Shown here in pieces: positions 8,599 through 18,238 of a stretch of 64,000 bases of DNA (positions within the stretch are counted from its first letter, which is position 1; every line of letters starts with the position of its first letter). The notes beneath the pieces were generated by a model. The model was not told the DNA's origin, made no database searches, and saw only the letters and a list, made by a program, of their open reading frames with translations. The DNA lies in the NCBI RefSeq assembly GCF_000142905.1, contig NW_013657667.1:254801-318800 (forward strand). The letters run 5' to 3'. Made by a program: the position numbers and the translations under genes. The DNA is from Thecamonas trahens ATCC 50062 (taxonomy: Eukaryota; Protista; Apusomonadida).

Positions 8599-11412
8599 AT
8601 GGCCGCTTCTTCTGCGCTCAGCTGCACTCCGGCACGCCCGCTGACCAACACGTCATTTGCGGCCACCTCGGAGCTGCTTGTGGCTGCAGACGCGCCCGAC
8701 GGGGCGGCGTTGTATGCGTTAGGGGACCCTCAAGCGCCGCCGACCTGGTTGGCCCACGATGGCGCGCTCGCCGCGGGGTTTGCGCCGCCGGAGCTTTGCT
8801 CCGATCCCCGGCCCAATCCCACTATCATCACAGCGTCGACAGACAGTCTTTGCTGGTGGTCAGCTGTTGTCCTTCGAGATCCAGACTCGGGCGCAGTAGT
8901 GGCGACGACGGCGTCGCTGATCGCAGAGACCCCGCTTGGCCTCCCGGCGCTGCCGCACCCGCTGCCGCGCTCAGGCACGCTGGTGTGGGCGCCCGACGCT
9001 TCTCGCCTCGCTCTTGTCCTTGGTGCCACCATATGTGTTTACAAGTTCCCAGACGCCGGCTTTGCCGGCGTGGCACTGGCCGCCGTCCTCGTTGGTAACG
9101 ATGGCCCAGTCATCGACTGCGCGTTTGGCGCGTTCCCCGGCGCCGAACACCTGTTGTTCTCGGTCGCGCCTGCCGACGGTACATTCAAGGTGTGGAATCT
9201 TGAGACACGCGACTTTGAGTTTGTATCGCCGGTTCTGGACGCGTACGGTGTCGGCGATGCCGTCGCCTCGGCCGATTTAGCTTCCATCGCCTCGCTGGCA
9301 GATGCTGCCCTCGTCGCCATCGGCACGACTGCGGGGCACGTCCACCTCTACCGGTTCGAGCTGCCAAGGAGTGGCTCGCTTGAGCGCACTTCCTTTACCT
9401 CACTTCGCACTCTCTCGCTCTCATCGTTTGCCGGTCGCCTTGCCGAGGCCGGTGCCGTCGAAGCTGCCGAACGCGACCTGGCCACCAAGCCTGTTGTCAT
9501 CTCCTCGCAGCCGCGTTGGAAGGTAGATCCCTCGTCGGCGCTTCCTGGCTTGACCGATATCCATGCCGAACGCGCAGCAGTGATTGAGCTGGCTCGCGCG
9601 GCTGAAGCCTCGCGATGGGCAAGCGCGGCCGATGGAGCTGACACGCTTCCAGTCCTGGCCATCCTCCCACTTGCCACGTCATTTCTCCTCTGTTCGCCGC
9701 GCTTGGTCTGCTCCCTTGATGCCCTCTCGTCGAGCCCCACTGTTGTGGCTGCCGTCGATGGTTTTCTGCTTCCGAATGCGCTCGCTGAGAGCGTGGCGAG
9801 CATGCCGCTTGCCGGCGCGTTTGCACTCGTTGGGCCAACGCCTCAACTCCTCGTCGGCGCGCTGGCCACACCGTCGGTGTCTGTTGTGCCGTTGCCTACG
9901 CTTGGGCTCCTTTCCTCTGAGAGCCTTGATGCGCCGAGTGTGTTACAGCCGGAGCAAGTTGACCTTGCTCTCTTTGCTTCCCGACCCGAGCTGATGGGCT
10001 CGCTCCTTATCCCGCGTGGGCGGACCAAGCTCAAGGCGAGCAAGCCGGCGCGCGGCCGCGGGCGTAGTCGTGGACGTGGACGTGGACGCGGGCGCGGTCG
10101 CGGGCGTGGACAAGCTGTTGCTATGCCCAAGACCTCGGGATATGGCGTGACCCATGCCAAAGTCAAACTGTTTTCTGGCTCGAGTGCGCGACGGACAAAG
10201 GCGGCTGAGGCGGCTCGTGCCAAGGCCAAGCGAAAAGCCACTCCTGCGCGGAAGATCCGGGTCCAAGGCGAGACGCTTGCCAAACTCCGCGCTGACTCGG
10301 GGTACCACAGCCTTGCTGCTGCACACGATGACATGGCGTGGGAAGCACAGGCCAAGAACAACCTGGCGCTGCCGCTCCATGCAAGCGCCATCACCTCACT
10401 CGAGTACGCACCGACTGGTAGCGTACTTGTCTCGGCCTCAGCTGACTGCACGGTGAAACTCACCAAGCTCCCGGTCTCCAAGTACAACGGCGCATCGGTG
10501 CTGGACGCAGTTGGACGGTACCCCATGGCGAGCGCAAGCCTCACGCCAGCCGGCCTCGCCACGCCGCTTGTTCTCGCTCGCTCGTCGCGCGAGCTTGCTC
10601 TCTGGGCTGGATCGCCGCTCTCCGGTGTGACTGACCCGCTCGTTCGTGCTACGCCGGGCGATGCGCTCTCCGACGTCGGCCCGCACGCCACATGGACCAG
10701 CGCGCAGTTCTTTGGCTTTGCCGATGCCCGGCTTGTTCTCGCGGCTTCGGGTGCGACCGCCGCGCTGCTCCGGTACAAGGTTGAGTTGCCGAGCACAGCC
10801 AACCCGACACCGCGCGCAGACAGAGGTGCGATGCGGGCTGTGGCATCAGTGGCACTCGATGCCCAAGGTATTGTCGGCCTTGCTGCTCACGCGCCTGCGC
10901 ACAATGGTGTCGTTGAGCTGGCAGGCACCCATGCGGTCCTCGCTGCGTCAGACAAGTCGCTCACCCTTGTCGACTGGGCAGCTGGCGGCGCAGTCGTGGC
11001 GAGTGGCCTGGCAGAGACTCGACGGACGATCCAGACGTTGGCGCTCCCATCGTCTGGACTCGGTCTCCCGCAGCATCCTTGGCTCACCGCGGTGGCGTCG
11101 GCAGACTCGCGGATCGGGCTCTATGACCTGCGCACGCTTGGGCTGCCGTCGGCTGGACCGGTGCGGGTTGTTGAGGGCCATACCGCGCGGAAGATGGGTG
11201 TCGGCCTAGACTTTTCGCCATGCGGCCGCTATCTGGCCTCGGGCTCGGAAGACAAGTGTGCGTACGTGTGGGACCTGCGCTCATCGGCCTCACCGCTCTC
11301 CAAGCTCCGCGGCCACGCGGATGTCGTCGCCGCTGTCGCCTTTAACCCTGTCCATCCGCAGCTCGCCACAGGCTCGTTTGATGGCCGGCTCCGGTTCTGG
11401 GTTGTTGCATGA
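8599..11412 (+). CDS. WDR27: WD repeat-containing protein 27-like
   Basis: C-terminal FSPCGRYLASGSEDKCAYVWDLR...GHADVVAAVAFNPVHPQLATGSFDG. Central TSGYG..KLFS linker between two WD clusters. Internal (RG)n tract. Confidence 0.75.
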   Translation: MAASSALSCTPARPLTNTSFAATSELLVAADAPDGAALYALGDPQAPPTWLAHDGALAAGFAPPELCSDPRPNPTIITASTDSLCWWSAVVLRDPDSGAVVATTASLIAETPLGLPALPHPLPRSGTLVWAPDASRLALVLGATICVYKFPDAGFAGVALAAVLVGNDGPVIDCAFGAFPGAEHLLFSVAPADGTFKVWNLETRDFEFVSPVLDAYGVGDAVASADLASIASLADAALVAIGTTAGHVHLYRFELPRSGSLERTSFTSLRTLSLSSFAGRLAEAGAVEAAERDLATKPVVISSQPRWKVDPSSALPGLTDIHAERAAVIELARAAEASRWASAADGADTLPVLAILPLATSFLLCSPRLVCSLDALSSSPTVVAAVDGFLLPNALAESVASMPLAGAFALVGPTPQLLVGALATPSVSVVPLPTLGLLSSESLDAPSVLQPEQVDLALFASRPELMGSLLIPRGRTKLKASKPARGRGRSRGRGRGRGRGRGRGQAVAMPKTSGYGVTHAKVKLFSGSSARRTKAAEAARAKAKRKATPARKIRVQGETLAKLRADSGYHSLAAAHDDMAWEAQAKNNLALPLHASAITSLEYAPTGSVLVSASADCTVKLTKLPVSKYNGASVLDAVGRYPMASASLTPAGLATPLVLARSSRELALWAGSPLSGVTDPLVRATPGDALSDVGPHATWTSAQFFGFADARLVLAASGATAALLRYKVELPSTANPTPRADRGAMRAVASVALDAQGIVGLAAHAPAHNGVVELAGTHAVLAASDKSLTLVDWAAGGAVVASGLAETRRTIQTLALPSSGLGLPQHPWLTAVASADSRIGLYDLRTLGLPSAGPVRVVEGHTARKMGVGLDFSPCGRYLASGSEDKCAYVWDLRSSASPLSKLRGHADVVAAVAFNPVHPQLATGSFDGRLRFWVVA

Positions 11413-11420
11413 GCTGCCGT

Positions 11421-13187
11421 TTACACCTTGCCTTTGTTCTTGCTCTTGCTCTTGTTCTTGTTCTTATCTTTCGTCTTGGCCTTTGACTTGGCCTTTGTCT
11501 TGGACTCGGACTCGGGCTCCGGCGTAGGCTCAGGCGTAGGCTCAACTGTGGGTCCGATATCAGCGCTGGGTTCAGACGTGACCTGGTCGACCACGCCGTT
11601 CTTTGGCTTGTTCTTCCTCTTGGCCTTCCCCCTGGACTTCCCTTTGTCCTTTTCCTTGCTCTTGGATTTGGGCTGTACCTTGGCGTCGGGTGCGGCCTCG
11701 ACACCTGTGCCAGAATCCTCCCTCCTCAAACCAACCGCATTGTTGGCAGCGTTCTTGTCCTCCCCCCCGGCCTTGGCCTTGTCGCCCATCTTCTGCTCGG
11801 GCTCGGGTCCGGGCCCGGACTCATCGTTGCGGGCCTCGTCGACCATGGCGGCAAACTCGTCGTTGTGCATTTCCGAGGCTGCGCGGCGGCGGAGCATGAC
11901 AGTGCTAGCGCCCTTCTTGCCACCACCAAAGGCAGCAATCTCTTCGGTGAGGGCAAGGCGCTTAGAGCGAAGGAGCTCATAAAACGGATCACGAATGATG
12001 TGGGTTTGGATAGCGGCGATCCACTCGTCGCGCTCGGCTGTCGACGCGGCCTCGAGCACAAACTTGTCGTGGTTCGACTCTGCCACGGTGGAGCGGGAAA
12101 ACTTGGCAGCCTTGAATGCGCCGTCGGGATGGGTCAGCTCCCACGTTGTTGGCCCGGTGATGTTCGTTTGCAGGTTCTCCAGCGGGACGATGCCCTTGGG
12201 TACGGCGTCGCCTTCCTTGCGAAAGTAGTAGAGGCACGAGCCGGAGAGGAGAAACCAGCGCTTCTTCCAGGTCTTGATCCTCCCGCCCTGCTTTCGCAGT
12301 AAGCCGGTCTTGTCTGGGTTGTCAAACGCCGACGGCTCGCAGTCGGGGTCCATCTTGATTTCGTTGTTGACAATCGACGAGTAGAGCGCCTCCAACAGGT
12401 TGTGGTCGATGTCGTTGCCGTTGTCGATGCCGCGGGTGGTGGCGAAGAACTGGTCGAGCGTCATCTTGTTTTTCACCCCTGGGTTGTGAGCGTCGGTGTT
12501 GAGCATGATGAGCGCAAAGCAGAGGACGTACACCGTGTCGCCCGACGAGAACGTCTCCGGATTGTCGGCGTGGTACTTGCGCGCAAACGCCTCCATCATG
12601 CGGTCGATCTTCTGAGCCTCGCCCGGCAGCCGGAACGAGGCCAGAAACGCTCGCAGCGCTGTGTCAATGTCCTTACCAGCCATGTCAAACGAGTTGACAA
12701 AGGCGTCGAGGACCGCAAGGTTGAACTCGTCCGGCGAGCCGAGATACTCGCCGATCATGGTCTTGTACAGGCCTTCGGTATTTCGCAGGTGCGCCGCAAC
12801 CGCCTCGGGCTTGTGCGGCAGTAGACCAGCCTCTTCCCAGTACTGCATCCCATGCTTGGGCTTTTTGTTGAACTTCTTCACGCCAATAGCCAGCCGCTTG
12901 CGTGCGAGCTCGGCAGCCTCGGCTTCGGCTCGCTGTGCCTTGCTCATGCCCTTGAATGCCGACATTGCCGCGCGCGCCTCGGCCGCCGCGCGCGCCTCGG
13001 CCAGGTAGTCCTCAAACGTCCGCTCGGCCTCCATAATGTCAACCTCAAATGTCTTTCCCAGCGTGGCTAGCTCGTGGCCAATGCCTGCGTCGAGGTCGGC
13101 ATACGTGCTGGTGGCAACGCATGCGATGTGCGCCTGCCGGTCGCTGACACGCGCGACCCAGCACCGTGTCGGCCGCCGCTGCAGCAT
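11421..13187 (-). CDS. Cytohesin/ARNO-type ARF guanine nucleotide exchange factor (Sec7 + PH)
   Basis: Sec7 motifs FRLPGEAQKIDRMMEAFA and LIMLNTDAHNP. PH domain GLLRKQGGRIKTWKKRWF...EWIAAI. Lys-rich tail. 5' end uncertain: possible intron with GTGCGT donor near 13197 and acceptor near 13109. Confidence 0.92.
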   Translation of the reverse strand: MLQRRPTRCWVARVSDRQAHIACVATSTYADLDAGIGHELATLGKTFEVDIMEAERTFEDYLAEARAAAEARAAMSAFKGMSKAQRAEAEAAELARKRLAIGVKKFNKKPKHGMQYWEEAGLLPHKPEAVAAHLRNTEGLYKTMIGEYLGSPDEFNLAVLDAFVNSFDMAGKDIDTALRAFLASFRLPGEAQKIDRMMEAFARKYHADNPETFSSGDTVYVLCFALIMLNTDAHNPGVKNKMTLDQFFATTRGIDNGNDIDHNLLEALYSSIVNNEIKMDPDCEPSAFDNPDKTGLLRKQGGRIKTWKKRWFLLSGSCLYYFRKEGDAVPKGIVPLENLQTNITGPTTWELTHPDGAFKAAKFSRSTVAESNHDKFVLEAASTAERDEWIAAIQTHIIRDPFYELLRSKRLALTEEIAAFGGGKKGASTVMLRRRAASEMHNDEFAAMVDEARNDESGPGPEPEQKMGDKAKAGGEDKNAANNAVGLRREDSGTGVEAAPDAKVQPKSKSKEKDKGKSRGKAKRKNKPKNGVVDQVTSEPSADIGPTVEPTPEPTPEPESESKTKAKSKAKTKDKNKNKSKSKNKGKV

Positions 13188-13373
13188 GTCTACGCACTCT
13201 TCCCGCCCTTTCTTCTTGCTACAAAGCCGGCGAGTGGAGCTAGGAACTGGGCTAGCAAGCGGGAGTGACGTGGGTGGTGTAGGTCGTGGTGTGGCGCCGG
13301 GAAGGGGGGGCTTTCGTCTCCGCTTGTGTCAGGTGCCTGTTCCAGCGAACTATTGATATGCTGCTGCCCATCC

Positions 13374-13619
13374 ATGACTGCGCAGCAGTTGATGCAAGCT
13401 GACTTTGACTTTATCCCTCTGCATCCTGCCGCTCGGCAGCAGCAGCAACTTCCCGATAAGATGGCGGTGGAGAGAGTGGTCTGGCATGGGGTTGTTGGGA
13501 CTCGCGCTCAGGGTGAGGCTGTGGATCGCCGTACGCTGGAAGGAGAGCGGGCAGCGGCGGCGGTGGCGACGGACCTGCGCGCTGCGCTGCTTGGGCACGA
13601 AGCCTGCGTGCGGTGCTAA
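13374..13619 (+). CDS. Small hypothetical protein
   Basis: ORF 13326..13619 with ATGs at 13374 and 13461. Coding-like G3 bias. Its TAA overlaps the frameshift-corrected TAG of the convergent LRR gene. Confidence 0.3.
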   Translation: MTAQQLMQADFDFIPLHPAARQQQQLPDKMAVERVVWHGVVGTRAQGEAVDRRTLEGERAAAAVATDLRAALLGHEACVRC

Positions 13620-14658
13620 TTCGCGGATCGGCCATACCAGTCACTGCTACCGCCAAGTCGATGATGGCGTTGCATCGCCGTGAGGGGATGCAGAGGTTCT
13701 CGAGTGCGGCTCTTCCTTGGCGCGAGAGTGCATTACGCGCGGTATCCTGATCTAGCTCGACAGTTTCGAGGACTCGACAGCCACGGCAGAGCGCAAGGAC
13801 AATGGCATCGCTCATTGGCGTCGAGCATGCCCGCACTATCATTAACCGCGGGAAGCCGCTCAGCGTGAGCAGGCCAGCCTCGCTCAGTGCCGGGCAGCCA
13901 GAGACATCGATCTCGTTGAGGAGCGGTGAGCCTTCAACCAGCGCCGCTATGGCGCTGTCGGTCACGCACCGAGACTGAGGACTGCAGAAGACACGTAGGA
14001 GCGGCTGGGTCTGGCACCACGCCTCCAAAGCGGGTGCTGAGACTTGCTCCAGTACCCCGGTCCTTAGCGACGTGAGATGCAAACGGCTCAACGCGCTGAG
14101 CGCTACGTCGGACATCACAGATGGCGGACAGGCTGTCACGTCTAGCTCGCGCAGGTCAGCCCAGCCTCCGAGCACCTGCACAATCGCCGGACGCACCGCG
14201 CCGCCGCCGATCGCGAGCCGCACCAGCCCAGGAATCCGACCGAGGAAGCCAGCAGCGCGAGGAGTGAGCGCAGGGCAATCGACTAGATCCAGCTCCCGCA
14301 GGGCGTAGCCGTCACGATCAACTAGCATCCGCACCAGACTCAGCAACGCGGTGTCACTCAGCTGGCTGCATCCGCGGAGCGAGAGGATGCGCGCGTCGCG
14401 CGGGAAGGCCGCGGTCATGGCCGCCATGCCGTCGTCGCTCAGATTCGCTCCAGCCGCTCCGGCGTCGACCTTGCGCACCCGCATCAGCGAAGGATACGGC
14501 TTCCATGGAATGGCGGCAAGCTCGCGGGCGTTGTGACTCTTGATGGCAGCCATGTGCTCAACAAACGCGAGCGGGCTGGTGACCGTGAGCACGCCGGCGT
14601 CGTCGAGCGGAACCGGGCCGGCAGCCCGCCGGCGCCGCTTAGAAGCGAGTCCACCCAT
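13616..14658 (-). CDS. Leucine-rich-repeat (RNI/AMN1/FBXL-like) protein with predicted N-myristoylation and polybasic N-terminus
   Basis: Cys-containing LRRs: LSLRGCSQLSD, LRELDLVDCPALT, IDVSGCPALSEAGL. N-terminus MGGLASKRRRR. The ORF track ends at 13411; a -1 shift at 13684-13687 would end it at 13616. Confidence 0.78.
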
Positions 14659-14992
14659 GATGCCGCCACTACTTGCAGAAAGACTAAAGAGTGGAGGTCG
14701 TTGCCGACGGAACTAGGCTCGCCACCTCGAGGATCAACGCTTTCTTAAAGCCCCCGCATCCTGGAGTTGATTGCTTCTCGGTACCGCGGCCGAGTTCGGA
14801 AACGGAAACCAAAGCAAAAGTGCCAGAAATTGGAAGCGCCCGGCTGCTCCACCACCGCCTTGCGCTTGCTTTGCCAAGTCGCCAACCAGCACGCGAGGGG
14901 GAGGGGGGGGGGGAGGCCGCATTCGGGGGAAGCCGGACAGCAGTCGAGAGGCTTTGGCCGAGAGCACCGATAGCCCTCTCCCCCTCTCTGCC

Positions 14993-16202
14993 ATGTCCGA
15001 GTCTGTTATCGGGCAGGCTTCCGCCCAGGTCTTCAAGCACAATGCCACGTCTGGCGCGTGGGACCCTGTGTCGCAGGTACGTCTTGCCGGCCCCCTCGGA
15101 CCACGTGCCGAGCCGCGGCTCGATTTTTCGTGAGAACTGCTGTTGTTGCCTGAGCCGCCTGCAGGACAGCCGGTGGTGGGGCCAGCCAAGGTGTGCCGCA
15201 GGCATGGGCTTGCTACGAGTATATACATGGCGAGCGGTGGTGGTGGTGGTGCTGGAGGGCTTGTGCTCGTGTAGCATGTCGCGATTGGAAGGGTTGGGAG
15301 GAGGGCGTGACGGCGGAGCCTGTGCGTGTGTTGTAGTTTCTTGTTTGCAAATCAGTGGGAGGCGACACAGGCAGAGCTCACAACGAGAGTGGTGACCGAG
15401 GTAGTCTGTGGCACGCATCGGGTACTACCATGACACGGCAGCAAACACGTACCGGATGGTCGGGTACGATGGCGAGCAGAAGCTGGTCATCCACGTCGCG
15501 TTCACCAAGGCGATCTCGTACGAGAAGGCGTCGGACAACTTCCACAACTTTACAGCCGACGATGTGACGTACGGGCTCAACTTTGCGGACACAGCCGAGG
15601 CCGGCTCTTTTGCCGGCACCATTGTAGATTCGATCAACAAGCTCAAGAATCCGGCACCGCCTGCCGGAGGCGGTGGGCCGCCGCCACCGCCGCCTGGCCC
15701 GCCGCCGGGCGGCGCGGTTCCGCAGAAGCGCTCGGCGCCGTCGGGTGGAGGCGGCGGAGGCGGCGGGCGCGGTGGCCTGCTCGACGCCATCCGCAAGGGC
15801 AAGTCGCTGAAGAAGACGACGACCCGCGAGCCGCCTGCGCCTGGTAAGGCTGCAGCCCCGTCGCCGTCGGGCGGCGGTGGCGGCGGCATGTTTGGCGAGC
15901 TGCAGAACCGGCTCAAGAAGCGCGCGTCCAAGAGTGACGTGACCGCCTCGTCGCCGCGTGGCGGCTCGTCGCCTCGCGGCGGCTCGTCGGGTGCGCCATC
16001 GCCGCGGGCGCCGTCGCCCAAGACATCGTCGCCCAAGCCGGCGACGACGTCGTCGAGCTCGTCGAGCTCGTCGGGCGCGTCGGGCAACAACGGCGACCTC
16101 ATTGCGCAGTTCCGCGCCGAGCTGGAGGCTATGAAGGCCGAGATCCTGGCCGAGGTTGAGAAGGCGAAGAACGATATCATTTCCGCTATCAACCGCCGCT
16201 GA
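14993..16202 (+). CDS. VASP: Ena/VASP-family actin regulator (EVH1, poly-Pro, WH2/GAB, FAB, tetramerisation coil); exons 14993-15076 and 15405-16202
   Basis: Exon 1 MSESVIGQASAQVFKHNATSGAWDPVSQ, GTACGT...TAG phase-0 intron, then SVARIGYYHDT...FHNF...YGLNFAD (EVH1). Also GRGGLLDAIRKGKSLKK, GGMFGELQNRLKKR and LEAMKAEILAEVEKAKNDIISAI. Confidence 0.88.
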
Positions 16203-16256
16203 GCGCCGCTCTCTCCCGCTGTGATAAACTCGTTTGCCTTCCTTGCCCACAGCGTG

Positions 16257-16721
16257 CTACGCCACCCGCGGCCGCTTGTTGGAAGCCAGCAGCTCACCGT
16301 ACATGCGCCTCCGCCGCCGATTCGACTCGGCCGGCGCTGAGCACGCCAGCCACCTACCGTCACCCCACGCCGCCTTCGCCAGGAGCGGATGCAGTGGCGG
16401 CGGCGGCGGCCGCGAGACCGTGGCAAACGCCGCGCCCGTCGCCACCATGACCGGCACGTCTGTCGGCCGCACCTCGAGGTGCGCCACCCGGCCCTTGCTT
16501 CCGTACGCTAGCGCCAGGATGTGTTTGTTGGCCCGCGCATCGCCGCCCACAGCCTTGCGCAGATACCGCAGTGCCTTGCGCCCCTCGCGGGCTTGCGGCC
16601 CGGCCTCGCCACCTGCCCGTGCCCGCGCCCGCACCCGCTGCACCGCATACATCCGCGCCCGGGCGTCAAACAGCCCCACCGCTGCTCGCAGCAGCGACCG
16701 ATACAGCCCGCACCCGGACAT
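16257..16721 (-). CDS. Small basic LYR-motif protein (probably mitochondrial)
   Basis: N-terminal LYRSLLRAA; ILALAYGSKGR; Arg-rich. Confidence 0.55.
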   Translation of the reverse strand: MSGCGLYRSLLRAAVGLFDARARMYAVQRVRARARAGGEAGPQAREGRKALRYLRKAVGGDARANKHILALAYGSKGRVAHLEVRPTDVPVMVATGAAFATVSRPPPPPLHPLLAKAAWGDGRWLACSAPAESNRRRRRMYGELLASNKRPRVA

Positions 16722-16988
16722 TCTCCGTCGCAACCGCTACTACTTGTCGGGGCAAGTTTGAGTCCGGAAGTGGTGTGTGTGTGCTTGTGGCGGCATCTCG
16801 ACGTGGCGTCGGGCCACACGGTGGCCACTCCCCCTCTCCCCGCCTCACTCCCCGCGCCACCATTACCCCCCTCACTCCACCCCACCCCCCTCCCTCCGCT
16901 CGCCCCTCCCCGCTACGGCCACCCACCCACCCACCACCGTCACCTTCTTTCTCTCTCTCCCTGCCTCCCCCACGCAAGCACCCACAGC

Positions 16989-17738
16989 ATGGCCTTCCTT
17001 CAGCAGGTGCCCGAGGGTAAGTCACGCCAGGCAAGGAAGCAGCCCCTCCCCTCCTCATTCCCCCCATCACACTCACTCCTCCTCCCCGTCATCCGATAGG
17101 CTTTGTCCCCGCCTGTGACGTCCTCAACGAGTTCCCCGTCCTCTACGTCGAGCAGCTGGTAAGCCCTTTCCCCTCCCTCCCCCCCCCCCGCCCCCCTTCC
17201 ACCATCCTCACCCTTTCATCTTGCATAGACCACCGAGGTTGTCCGCTACCTCCGTTACAACGCAGGCGTGGTCTCGGCCAAAAAGTACCACGATGCCCTG
17301 CGCGCCGAAGGCGTGGACATTGCGGTCGACGAGTGCCAGCATGCCATCAACGCCATGATCTACCTCATGACCGGAGTCATCAAGGCCCGCCTCAAGCCCA
17401 ACAAGTTTGGCCAGGCCCTCCTCATGTTTACCGGCCTCATCAAGTCGGTCATCACGGTCATCGTCAAGGTCTGGGCCGAGCAGGCCGAGGTCCTCCTCAC
17501 CGACGCCACCGCCAAGGAGATCCACGTCGGCGAGCTGCTCTCCCTCGACTGGAAGGTCGGCGTCTCGGTTGCCTCCTCTACCTGCTCCTCGCTCAACACC
17601 CCGTTCGTTACTCTCCTTGTCCGAGTCGCCGACGCCGACGGTGTCATCACCTCGCGCGCCTGCGAGCTCTCCATCGCCCAGTTCATGGACGTGGCCCAGA
17701 ACTTTGAGGACATCGCCGAGCTCATGAAGACTGCCTAG
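16989..17738 (+). CDS. COMMD6: COMM domain protein, COMMD6-like; exons 16989-17016, 17100-17158, 17229-17738
   Basis: Two GTAAG..TAG introns restore one frame (MAFLQQVPEGFVPACDVLNEFPVLYVEQLTTEVVRY...). COMM domain LDWKVGVSVASSTCSSLNTPFVTLLVRVADADG...ELSIAQF. Confidence 0.85.
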
Positions 17739-18238
17739 CCTTCTTCAGGAGTGATCCAGGGTCATCAGGCCGAACTTGTGCCTCTCGAGTTCTCTCGCCC
17801 CGTCAGCCGCACCACTGTCCGCCACCCGCCACCACCCGCTACCCGCCGGCACTACCCGCCACCACCCCCACCCCACCCATCAGCATCAAACTTGCACATC
17901 ACCTCTCTTGTAACCTGCGCACGTTTCTCTAGTTACTACAGTACGCACCATCCCGCAAATCCCTCCATGCCCCCCCCCCCCCCCCCCTCCCCGGCCCCCC
18001 CCCCCTTCCCTTCCTCTCCCCTTGTCTGCCTCCTGCACCCTTGCCGCGTCACAGGATGAGCACGCCCATCCCCCTGACCACAGCTGCAGGGTTTAGTGAT
18101 GGTGGCCCACGCATCCTTCCCGCCCCCGGCTCCCTCTTCCACGGCCGTACACTCTGCTCGACCTCCCCCCATTCCCGATGTACCCCTCCGTCGCCTCCCC
18201 TCCTGCCTCACCCGCCCCTTTGCCATGTCCGCACCCAG

